From Mustelus asterias (taxonomy: Eukaryota), in assembly GCF_964213995.1 (NCBI RefSeq), contig NC_135819.1, positions 46,438,001-46,502,000 on the forward strand: a stretch of DNA of 64,000 nucleotides, given 5' to 3'. The notes under the pieces are model-generated. The model did not search any database. It was given only the letters and a program-made list of their open reading frames with translations, and was not told where the DNA came from. Below, one piece after another: positions 12,937 to 23,843 of this stretch (the first letter of the stretch is position 1; each line of letters opens with the position of its first letter). Position numbers and translations under genes: made by a program.

Positions 12937-14080
12937 CTGTCAATAAATGTTAGAAAACAAAGATTACTGGAACTATATCAACAAATTCAAAATAACAATA
13001 CTGGAATCATATTTTTTCCTTAAACATCATCTTCACCATCAATTAATAAGCAAGCTAACGATTCACCCATTTTCACAAAACTTGATACACTCGAGTTCAA
13101 ACTTTGGAAGACAGGGTGAGCTTTACCTGCGGAGTTGTAACTTGTCCAACCAAATCTCAATAATTGAAAATAACAGATTTCTAAAAGGTTTTGGATTACA
13201 TTTTGCCCAAAAAGGTATCAAACATGTTTAAAGTGATGAGAATTTGAAGTAAAGTTTGGAAATAAATAAGAAATTGACTAGGCCAGTAATTTCACTCTTA
13301 TTTGGATTCAGAAACTTCAATGAGTAGAATAAGCATATATACTTCAGAATATCAAAGCATGAGAGGTGATCTCATTGAAACATATAATATTCTTGAATGG
13401 CTTGACAGGGTAGATGCTGAAAGGCTAATTTGATTAGCTGGGGAGTCAATTTCAGGATATTGGATCAGACATTTAGGACTGAGATAAAATTAAAAGGCTT
13501 CACAGTGTTGTAAATCTATGGAATTCTCTACCTCAGATATACAGGTGAGGAGTATATTCAAGACTGAAATTGATAGATCCTTGGGCATTAAAGGAAATCA
13601 AGAGTTATGGAGATAAAGGAGGAAATTTAAGCTAATGTCGAAGTTTAGCATGACCTTATTATGATGTTATATTCTTTAATGCATTGATTTGCAGACCTGA
13701 CAATATACTGTGACAGTAAAGTTAGACAAGACGACAGTGTACAAAATGAGCTAAATAATATACAATTAACAGAACAGTAAATGAAATTCAATTACATACT
13801 GCACATATTGGAAGGAAAAAAATAGGTGACAAGCATAATCCATGAATCAAACTAGGTCAGATGAAATTGCACAAGAATTCTGGGGTGTTAGTAGCCTCTT
13901 CATTTAGTTGACTCAGTCACAAGAGCAGCGAATAAGTAGAATGATGAAACATATGTTAAATACCATGCCCAGTTTCAGGCACAACCATTAAACCATCAAG
14001 CTCATTTCTGCTGTCAGTTTTGAGTCGTAACATAGCTTGAGAGAATCTTGCATTCTTGAAAGAAAATAATCAAGAAAATA

Positions 14081-16443
14081 ATCTTGGATCTGGTCCTGTG
14101 TAATGATGTGGAGATGCCGGCGTTGGACTGGGGTAATGAGACAGGTAAAATTAATGATCTTCTTGTGAGGGATCCTCTTGGAATGAGTGATCACAATATG
14201 GTTGAATTTCTAATACAAATGGAGGGTGAGAACGTAGGGTCCCAAACCAGTGTCCTCTGCTTGAACAGAGGGGAGTACAATAGGATGAGGGCAGAATTGG
14301 CTAATGTAGACTGGGAGCACAAACTAGTTGGTAGGACAGCTAAGCAACAGTGGCGGATTTTTAAGGAGATTTTTCTCAGTACTCAGCAAAAATATATTCC
14401 TGTGATGAAGAAGGAATGTAAGAAAAGGGATAACCAGCCGTGGATAACTAAGGAAATAAAGGAGAGTATTAAATTAAAAACCAATGCGTACAGAGTGGCC
14501 AAAACTAGTGGGGAATTAGAAGATTGGGAAAGCTTTAAAAAACAAAGAACTACTAAGAAAGTGATAAAGAAAGGAAAGATAGATTATGAAACTAAACTAG
14601 CACAAAATATAAAAACTGATAGTAAAAGTTTTTACAAATATCTAAAAAGGAAAAAAGTAGCTAAAGTAAGTGTTGGACCCTTAGAAGACGAGACGGGGGA
14701 TTTAATAATGGGAAACGAGGAAATGGCCGAGGCCTTAAACAAGTTTTTTGTGTTGGTCTTCACGGTAGAGGACACAAATAGCTTACCGAAAATTGATGGT
14801 CGTGGGACTGTAGGGAGTGAGGTCCTTAAAACAATTACTATTACTAAAGAGGTAGTGCGTGGTAGGCTAATGGGACTAAAGGCAGACAAGTCCCTGGGCC
14901 CGGATGGAATGCATCCCAGGGTACTGAAAGAAATGGCAGAAGTAATAGCAGATGCATTGGTTGTAATTTATCAAAATTCACTGGACTCTGGGGAAGTGCC
15001 GGCTGATTGGAAAACAGCTAATGTGACGCCACTGTTTAACAAAGGAGGTAGACAAAAGGCGGGTAACTACAGGCCGGTTAGCTTAACGTCCGTAGTTGGG
15101 AAATTGCTGGAATCCATCATTAAAGAAGAAAAAGCAGGACACCTGGACAAAAATGGTTCGATCAAGCAGACGCAGCATGGATTCATGAAGGGAAAGTCGT
15201 GTTTGACGAATTTACTGGATTTTTATGAAGATGTAACGAGGGCAGTTGACAGAGGGGAACCGGTGGATGTGGTGTTTTTGGATTTCCAGAAGGCGTTCGA
15301 TAAGGTGCCTCACAAAAGGTTGCTGCAGAAGATTAGGGTACATGGAGTTGGGGATAAAGTGTTAGCGTGGATTGAGGATTGGCTATCTAACAGGAAGCAG
15401 AGAGTTGGAATAAATGGGTGCTTTTCTGGTTGGCAGTTGGTGACTAGTGGCGTGCCGCAGGGATTGGTGCTGGGGCCTCAACTGTTTACCATATACATAG
15501 ATGATCTGGAGGAGGGGACTGAGTGTAGGGTAACAAAGTTTGCAGATGATACAAAGATGAGTGGGAAAGCGAATTGCATGGAGGATGCGGAAAGTCTGCA
15601 GAGAGATTTGGATAGGCTAATTGAGTGGGCGAGGATCTGGCAGATGGAGTATAACGTTCACAAGTGTGAGGTTATCTACTCTGGAAGGAATAATAGTAAA
15701 ATGGACTATTATTTAAATGGTGAAAAATTACAACATGCTACTGTGCATGAATCGCAAAAACTCAGTTTGCAGGTGATCAAGGCGGCAAATGGAATGTTGG
15801 CCTTTATCGCGAAGGGGGTGGAGTATAAAAGCAGGGAGGTCTTGCTGCAATTGTACAAGGTACTGGTGAGGCCACAACTAGAGTACTGTGTGCAATTTTG
15901 GTCCCCTTATTTGCGGAAGGATGTATTGGCCGAGGAGGGAGTATAGGGAAGATTCACCAGGTTGATACCGGAGATGAGGGGGTTAACTTATGAGGAGAGT
16001 TTGAGTAGATTGGGCCTGTACTCGTTGGAGTTTAGAAGGCTGAGGGGAGATCTTATAGAGACATATAAGATAATGAAGGGGCTAGATAGGGTAGAGGCAG
16101 AGAGATTCTTTCCACTTAGAAAGGAAACAAGAACTAGAGGACACAGCCTCAAAATAAGGGGGAGTCAGTTTTGGGCAGAGTTGAGGAGGAACTTCTTCTC
16201 TCAGAGGGTAGCGAATCTCTGGAATTCTCTGCCCATTGAAGCAGTGGAGGTTACCTCGTTAAATATGTTTAAGTCACAGGTAGATAGATTTTTGATCAAT
16301 AAGGGAACTAAGGGTTATGGTGAGCGGGCGGGTAAGTGAAACTAAACCACTATCAGATCAGCCATGATCTTATTGAATGGCGGGGCAGGCTCGAGGGGCT
16401 AGATGGCCTACTCCTGCCCCTATTTCTTATGTTCTTATGTAAG
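14081..16443 (+). mobile_element. CR1 LINE, 5'-truncated ORF2
   Basis: ORFs 14084-15946 and 15962-16339 cover the end of EN, RT and the C-terminus; closely related to 25790-28150. Confidence 0.95.
14107..14139 (-). mobile_element. Solo Penelope-like 3' tail micro-insertion
   Basis: Reverse complement of the ccccagtccaacgccggcatctccaca tail seen at 46241-46267; GTAATGA duplicated at 14100-14106 and 14133-14139; absent from the homologous CR1 position at ~25810. Confidence 0.85.
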
Positions 16444-16494
16444 AATGAATCACAAAAAACATTTAATGGTATTGAGCAAGTATAGTGAAGATAC

Positions 16495-16833
16495 GGGCGG
16501 CACGGTAGCACAGTGGTTAGCACTGCTGCTTCACAGCTCCAGGGTCCCAGGTTCGATTCCCGGCTCGGGTCACTGTCTGTGTGGAGTTTGCACATTCTCC
16601 TCGTGTCTGCATGGGTTTCCTCCGGGTGCTCCGGTTTCCTCCCACAGTCCAAAGATGTGCGGGTTAGGTTGATTGGCCAGGTTAAAAAAAAAAAATTGCC
16701 CCTTAGAGTCCTGGGATGCGTAGATTAGTGGGTAAATATGTGGGGATAGGGCCTGGGTGGGATTGTGGTCGGTGCAGACTCGATGGGCCGAATGGCCTCC
16801 TTCTGCACTGTAGGGTTTCTATGATTTCTATGA
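16495..16833 (+). mobile_element. Full-length HE1-like V-SINE
   Basis: gggcggcacggtagcacagtggttagc A box, ggttcgattcc B box, V-domain, ttctatga tail. Confidence 0.93.
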
Positions 16834-17199
16834 TATGTCCATAATATTATCTAGTGGAATTGATCAAAGACAAATTTCACAGTTTAAATGTCAGGTGGGA
16901 GTTCTTCATTTGATGCAACTTGGATAAAATCACTGGGGCCAAAACCTTGCAATTACATTTTTGCACCAAGGAGTTAATTCAAGGGCAGTTGGATGCTTGG
17001 GGCAGCGAGGAAAAATATGGGCTGGAATATTCTGGCCATTCACACTGGTGGGATCTTCCAGTCCGCTGACAGCGCATCCCTGCTGCAGGTTTCCCAGCAA
17101 CAAGAGGAGTATTCAATGGGAAACCTCATTGACAACAGCAATGAGATCATGCTACCTTGAAACATGCGGTGGGTTGCGCAGTAAATCCCATTTATGGTC

Positions 17200-17510
17200 T
17201 TTTGCAGGTGGGTGAGCGCCCCTACCTCTGGCCCAGAAGTTTCAGGTTCAAGTCCTACTTCAGGGCTTGATGGCCATGCATAACATGACTAAACAAATTG
17301 ATTATTAGCCTGTAAATACTTCTGAAATGCCTGATGGCAGATGGTCAAAAGTGGCAAAGTTTCTTGATCTGCCATTTTGCAGAAGGCAACATGCAAATCG
17401 CTGCTGTGGTACTTTGCCAAGCATAATCATGGACAAATCCATTGGAAGTCCATGGTCCCCATTAATCTCTAAAGGCATGGTACCTGAAGGAAGAGGAGGA
17501 TGCACGTGGA
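17200..17510 (+). mobile_element. Old tRNA-headed SINE with RTE-like 3' segment
   Basis: caggttcaagtcc B-box-like motif; gcaaatcgctgctgtggtactttgccaag resembles RTE-derived SINE cores; degraded. Confidence 0.4.
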
Positions 17511-17739
17511 TGAGCTACAATTGCTCAAATGATGTATCAATATTCATTGATGTAATTGACAAGATACCATCCTCATTAGAACATGCAAAATATCTGTGGT
17601 GATAAACACTGCAGATTCGTGAACAAGTGGCATCCTGCAACACGCACCCATCTGTGAATGCCCAGCAAGTATTCATTAAGTAATTAGACAGGTTGTGAAA
17701 TTCAGCATTTAATTTGGCATTTAATAATTGCTGAGTTGA

Positions 17740-18305
17740 TATAAATTTTATTTTTATTTACATTTACACTGAGGATGTGCAATCAATAAGCCAAAAAGTT
17801 ATACACCTACCATTATCCTCATTTGTATTTATCTTACAATCTGCAACTTGGAAGACACACAATTTGCAAAACAAAATGTGTTCTCTGACTGCAAGGATCG
17901 AGTACATCATTCCATATTCTCTCTTTTTATATATGTGTCTATTAATATCTCATTGATCTACTTGTTATTTTGTAGCCAAATCTGTCCTTTTTTGAACTGC
18001 TCAGTGCATTCAGGCATGTCTCTCATTTCACCATCAGGAGTATCTCCACGATATGCTCGGACAGAGCCAGCACCAAGTACAGTACGTATAACGCTTTGTC
18101 TGGACAGGCTCAGAACATTCCGCACCACTGACATCTTCCACCTTCTTCAAGGTAACAGACGTTATTTTGGATTTACGGGAAAGTATCCCTGGCGAGAGGG
18201 CAAGGAAAGCTTCACATTTGCCTTTGCAATGTTTTAGCCAGTTGCTGAGGAGGAGAGCTGTTGTGTTCGGCTCTTGTTACGGCGAGCGGGGCGGAAGTCG
18301 GTTCA
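17740..18305 (-). pseudogene. SDHAF2: Processed, internally deleted SDHAF2-like retrocopy (58-aa ORF at 17958-18134)
   Basis: MSVVRNVLSLSRQSVIRTVLGAGSVRAYRGDTPDGEMRDMPE resembles the SDHAF2 N-terminus (LSR...RRFYRGDSP...KDMIE); CpG-containing 5'UTR-like start; AATAAA at ~17747-17760. Confidence 0.6.
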
Positions 18306-18469
18306 AGACAAATAAGTGAATGTGGCTTTTACTAAACTGCACAAAGGCAAAATTTGTATTAACTTTACCAAACTAGTTCTATGTTTGAGTTTCATAACTC
18401 TTATTTGCGCTCTATGACATTGCAAAATTAAAGTTTTACAAATTTCAATTAATAAATCTGGCAAAATTT

Positions 18470-19158
18470 TATGATGAGACTATTTGGTGCATTTCATATT
18501 TAAGGTGGTGTTGCTTTTTGATACAAAAGATGGTTGGTCTGGTAAACATGCAGCAGATGCTGAGAATGCAGGCTAATAACTGGTTTTAGTTAAGGAATGT
18601 GTAACTTTGCAGAGTTAATGTACCTTTTGTTTATTTAATTCCCCCTGAGGTTTCAGAATAGAGTTTTGATTAGGTTGATTGACAGGGACAGAGTCATGTG
18701 TTTAATGGGAGGAGCTAAACTTGCAAGAAAGGAAGCTTTCCGTTCTGGACTGCCAGAAAAAAAAAGGTGCTGCTCTCTCCAGAGGTGTTCTGAAAGCTCT
18801 AGGACTGTTAACCCAAGTCAAGCAAGTACGCCTGTGTTTTTTTAACTAATTTTAAAGAGGGTGTTTAACTCTATAAGAGGAATATTACTTGAATTGGAAC
18901 TCATAACGATAGGTTAGGAGTTAAGAATTGTATTTTGTCATGTTTAAGCATTGTTCAAATGTTAAGCTAATTAGTTTGTTATGGTTAAATTGTGCTGTTA
19001 AATAAAAGCTGTTTTAATAAGAAAACCCTAGTTTGTCAGTAGAATTGAGCCTGGAGTGAAACATCATATCCTCACATTAATGCCAAAATAGCAAATTGTT
19101 GGGGTCTAATCTGATTTTATAATATACCTGTTTCGGTTTCTAACTTGGTATCCTAACA
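18470..19158 (+). mobile_element. Probable solo LTR (Gypsy-like)
   Basis: Ends ...cctaACA; AATAAA at ~19001; shares gattaggttgattgaca...gagtcatgtg with the inverted copy at 22859-23625. Confidence 0.55.
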
Positions 19159-19189
19159 TCATGTGCAAAAAGGTCTGAGAATTGCACAT

Positions 19190-19860
19190 GATAGGACTCT
19201 TAAATCGGCCTCGCAGGTGGAGGATGCGGTCAAGAAGGCGTACGGCGTACTAGCCTTCATTAATCGAGGGATTGAGTTTAGGAGTCGGGAGATAATGCTG
19301 CAGCTTTATAGGACCCTGGTTAGACCCCACTTGGAGTACTGCGCGCAGTTCTGGTCACCTCATTACAGGAAAGATGTTGAAGCCATTGAAAGGGTGCAGA
19401 GGAGATTTACAAGGATGTTGCCTGGATTGGGGGGCATGCCTTATGAGGATAGGTTGAGGGAGCTTGGTCTCTTCTCCCTGGAGAGACGAAGGATGAGAGG
19501 TGACCTGATAGAGGTTTACAAGATGTTGAGAGGTCTGGATAGGGTAGACTCTCAGAGGCGATTTCCAAGGGCTGAAATGGTTGCTACGAGAGGACACAGG
19601 TTTAAGGTGCTGGGGGGTAGGTACAGAGGAGATGTCAGGGGTAAGTTTTTCACTCAGAGGGTGGTGGGTGAGTGGAATCGGCTGACGTCGGTGGTGGTGG
19701 AGGCAAACTCGTTGGGGTCTTTTAAGAGACTTCTGGATGAGTACATGGGATTTAATGGGATTGAGGGCTATAGATAGGCCTAGAGGTAGGGATATGATCA
19801 GCGCAACTTGTGGGCCGAAGGGCCTGTTTGTGCTGTGGCTTTCTATGTTCTATGTTCTAT
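19190..19860 (+). mobile_element. CR1 3' fragment (same family as 3385-7630)
   Basis: Intact ORF2 C-terminus (LVRPHLEYCAQFWSPHY...) and (ttctatg)n tail. Confidence 0.93.
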
Positions 19861-19941
19861 GCACGTAAACATTGAACAGAATTCCAAGTTTCATTCTAAT
19901 CATTACAGTTCTTGGGTTCATAAAGGCAGTGCACTCTGTAC

Positions 19942-20122
19942 CTCTCTCCTTCACATGAATGTCGTCACAGACGTGCAGATCCAAATGAGAAATTATTAAA
20001 TGGTGAGACGTTTCCTTTACATCAAAAGCATTGAAGAGTTTGGCAAGGGCATCGTTCTGATCAGCTGCAGCTGTAGCTTGTGGTGTTCTAACCTGCTGTG
20101 AAATGGGAACCGGAGTTGCACT
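19942..20122 (-). CDS. BLTP3B: BLTP3B coding exon (~exon 8)
   Basis: SATPVPISQQVRTPQATAAADQNDALAKLFNAFDVKETSHHLIISHLDLHVCDDIHVKER; closer to BLTP3B than to BLTP3A; tacag| ... |gtac; 181 nt. Confidence 0.93.
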
Positions 20123-22398
20123 CTGTAATGGAGAATATATCAATGTTATGTCAATTCTATCAATATAAATTTAGGTGAACAATAAATATTTAGAATATTT
20201 TGCCATCAGCGAATAATTTAAAACAAATCAAAAAATAGTCCATGTTAATTTCATAGATGGTTTAGAGATGTCAATTTATTAAACTGCCTGTTGCAATTGT
20301 GGCCTCTTTCTGCACTGTAGGAATTCAATGATCCAGTTTGAACTTCAAATGCCAAACTTCATCCCATGAAGACAATTTATTTCCACCTTTACAGCATTGA
20401 TCATGTCCATTTTGCTCTAGTGCCTCTGCTATAGGATGCTACATTCATGCTTCTGGCATTTTATAATTCAGCTTCACCAAGATATTCCTCTTTCAATCTT
20501 GGTAAAATTCAACTCATCCTAAAATCAGCTACCATATCATGTCCTATACAAAGTTTCAATCACCCATCATTCCATTCTTTACCTACAAAGGCTACCTGAC
20601 TTGAACGCATTCAATTTAAAATCCTTGCTCTTGTTTTCAAATCTCTCCTCAGTCTCAAAGTGCCCTTTCTCCTCAGCCTCAACCTACCCCATTATTGCAA
20701 ACTTCTCCAAGTTTTATATCCACTCTACACCCTTGACACCAATAACTCTGGCTTTTTTTCCTTTGTCCCTTCCCTTCATCACTTTCTTCAGCCATTTCCA
20801 CTCTGCTCTAACTACTGCCATGAACATCTCTTCTAAAGTCTTCAGCCACCCTTCCCAATCTCTGTGCACAGCTCATCATCTATTCCTTGCTTTATCTTGT
20901 TATCCTTTCTCACCCACTCTGAGACTTTCAATATTAAAGATGCCAGTTATAATAACTTTTCCAGCACCAAAAAAAAGTTGAGCACAATTGCAATTTTGCA
21001 ACAGTTCTATGTGAATTGCAATCTTCCCTAACTAAATATAAATTAGGCATGCAGTGAGTAATGGAGCTAACATATTCAATGGTGGAAGTTACACTGCTCC
21101 CACCATTTTTCTGGAATTTACCATCATCTCAACATATATCCCATGCATTTGTTATTTTTGTTTAAATGGTAGATTTTCCTTCAATGCTCTATTACAATAA
21201 TATTTATAATATCATAAATAACCCCAAGTAATTGCACAATCTTTTAGCTGATGTGCTTTTAGTATAAATATATTGCAAAAAGGTTAATTCTCTCGGTGCC
21301 CCGCACAAAACAGCAGGCAATTCAGAATATTTTGGAAATAAACTGAATATGCTTTCACATGACCACTTTTCTGGTTGAGGCACTGAATGCATAAAACAGA
21401 AAGACCAGAAACATCCTAAAGTTGATGCCAAGCTGCATTACATTATCTCAGCCAGAGCTGCAGTTGAGGTGTTACAATTGGCCTCAGCACCCCTTGGTTA
21501 AGGAGGGCAAAAATCGGGCAAGGATTCTGCGCCCAATCGCTATCTCGCAACCAATGTCAGAATTGCTCAAGTGTGAATGCTGAGTAAGGATTGGGATAAG
21601 GCTGCATTGTGAGATTCCCAGAGTCAAGTAAACTGCCTGGTGCCCATAGAACCAGAGCCCAGTAAACATCCACACCAAAAGAAGGCGGCTAGTGAAAAAA
21701 ATGAATAATAGTAACTGAATAGAACTGTTGAAGTCATCGTAAATGCACAACTATGCATTGTGTATATCTCATCAGTAGAGGGCATTATTTTATAACTTTA
21801 TCCAACAGAAAACACTTAAAATACATAACTTTCTGGGGTACAACCAAGTGAGTTGAACACTTAATGAGCTTTAAATTACAAACCATAGGAAAACAACATC
21901 AGACTCTGGATTATAACTGTAATAAGCACCAGGTCTCCATACCTAGTTATTAATTATGAAATAGGACTATTAAACATCATATGCGAGCATTTCATTCCAA
22001 CCTCCTTCAGACAACTGTCAGTTGCACCGTGCTGAGAAACAAACTGAAGGGAAACACTATCTACAATCTACTATCATTTGGCTGATTAACTCAATCCCAA
22101 AAACAGTTAAAGGCACTGATTTTATTTTGGGCTCAGTCCAAATATAAACAAATGAGGATTCCTCTCCTTTGAGATGATTGGAAGTTCTCAAAGGATTCAC
22201 TGCTTTGCCACACGCCTGGGATTGTGCAATTCTAGAAGTGATGAACACAAGTAGGAATAGGCCATACAAGCCACCAAGTTTGCTCCACCATTCAGTATGA
22301 TCATGGCTGATCTTGGGTTTCAACTCCACCTTCATGCCCATTCCCCACATCCCTTGATACCCTGAGATATCAAATGTCTGTCTATTCCAGCCTTAAAT

Positions 22399-22609
22399 AT
22401 GAGAGATCACACAACCAGGTTATAGTCCTACAGGTTTATTTGAAATCACAAGCTTTCAGAGTGCTGTTCCTTCATCAGGTGGAGTCACCTGGTGAAGGAG
22501 CAGTGCTCCAAAAGCTTGTGATTTCAAGTAAACCTGTTGGACTATAACCTGGTGTAATGTGACCTTTCACCTTGTCCACCCTAGTCTAACACTGGCATCT
22601 CCATATCAA
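22399..22609. mobile_element. Miniature palindromic Penelope-derived element with two inverted hammerhead cores, inside an old minus-strand CR1 3' remnant (~22247-22630)
   Basis: Inverted arms centred on caggtg-gagt-cacctg (22476-22491); PLE tail ctagtctaacactggcatctccatatc; AGCCTTAAAT duplicated at 22389-22398 and 22610-22619. Confidence 0.85.
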
Positions 22610-22858
22610 AGCCTTAAATGTATTCAACAATGAGATTCGTTCTCAGTATAGCTCAGCCATTAATATTTACATATAAATGATTCAGCTTGAGCATATGTCA
22701 TGGTGCTGCAAAGTTTTTGAGATTTAAATCTATAAAAAAATTTTTTAAAGCAAACAATAAGCACAAGTGGCCATTATGAAGTGGTATTATGAAGACATAA
22801 TAAAGCACATACACTTATGTTTTCACTGCTACTTTTGGCATGGTACCAATTTACATAT

Positions 22859-23625
22859 TGTTATGATCCTAGTTGCTATCAATACTGGATAAGTCAGATT
22901 GCAGAGGAAAACCTGGCTTGACACATCCAAAATTTAAGAAATCTTGGGAGGCAAGTAATTGAACAAATTCACAAGAGTCTACTGATGAACTTTTGATAAA
23001 AAGAAATATTTATTAAAGCAAGTGAACAACATTACACCCAACAAAAATAATGGGAAAGATCTCAATATAAACACACAAAGACAATTCAAATTCCCACTAT
23101 TCCTTTACCCCAGTAATATCTTCACAGACACACAAACCAGTGAAGGGTTACCATTAGTTTGATACAAAGGCTTCTTGCTTGGGATTGGCACGGTTGCACT
23201 GATTTTTTTCTAGCACATTCCTCAGCATTCACTTTGCTAGGAGAGAGAAGGAGAGAGCGAGCGAGGGAGAATGAGAAAGATCTTGCAAATCTGCTCCTTG
23301 CAGATCCAAGCAGAAACTAAACCTGTTCTTCCCTGTTGGCTTAACTCTTCCCATTAGCACATGACTCTTTTTTTCTTGTCAATCAACCTAATCAATCTCT
23401 TCTCTGAAACCCCAGGGGAGAAACCAAAAATACTTGGACAGAAATGGATTAGCTCAGATTAAAACAAACACCCCAGTATCTAGGATCAATTATTCTTCTA
23501 CATTCTCAACATGTGGACTGCGTGGAGCAGACAGATCAGCACCATTTGAACAGAGCTGGCTCTTAACATATGGTTAAAAGAACCATGATACAAATACATT
23601 TCTTAAAAGGCACAGTATTGTCACA
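22859..23625 (-). mobile_element. Probable solo LTR (Gypsy-like)
   Basis: TGTTA...TCACA termini; internal motif shared with 18470-19158; no clear TSD. Confidence 0.6.
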
Positions 23626-23843
23626 GTTTCTCATCCACTTATATCTCTCCTTGAGACACCCAAAAACTCCACTCAAAACTCAATGTTTCTTCAACTGCAG
23701 AGCAAACAAAGGAGTCCCCCAAACTCAGTTTTCCAGTATCACCTCCATTAAATTGATCATTTTACTGAGGCCTATAACATTATCCAGTTAACCACTGTTC
23801 CACTAGCTTTGCAGTTTCTGAGAGCTTAAAATCCCTATCATCT

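Noticed and set aside
16353-16728. ORFs overlapping SINEs (also 35272-35711, 44086-44310, 51614-51953) as genes, or SINE heads as tRNA genes
   Set aside because: Recurrent spurious translations of V-SINE sequence; the heads run straight into SINE bodies and are not complete tRNAs.
17848-18237. 129-aa plus-strand ORF
   Set aside because: No recognisable family; the meaningful frame appears to be the minus-strand SDHAF2-like ORF.
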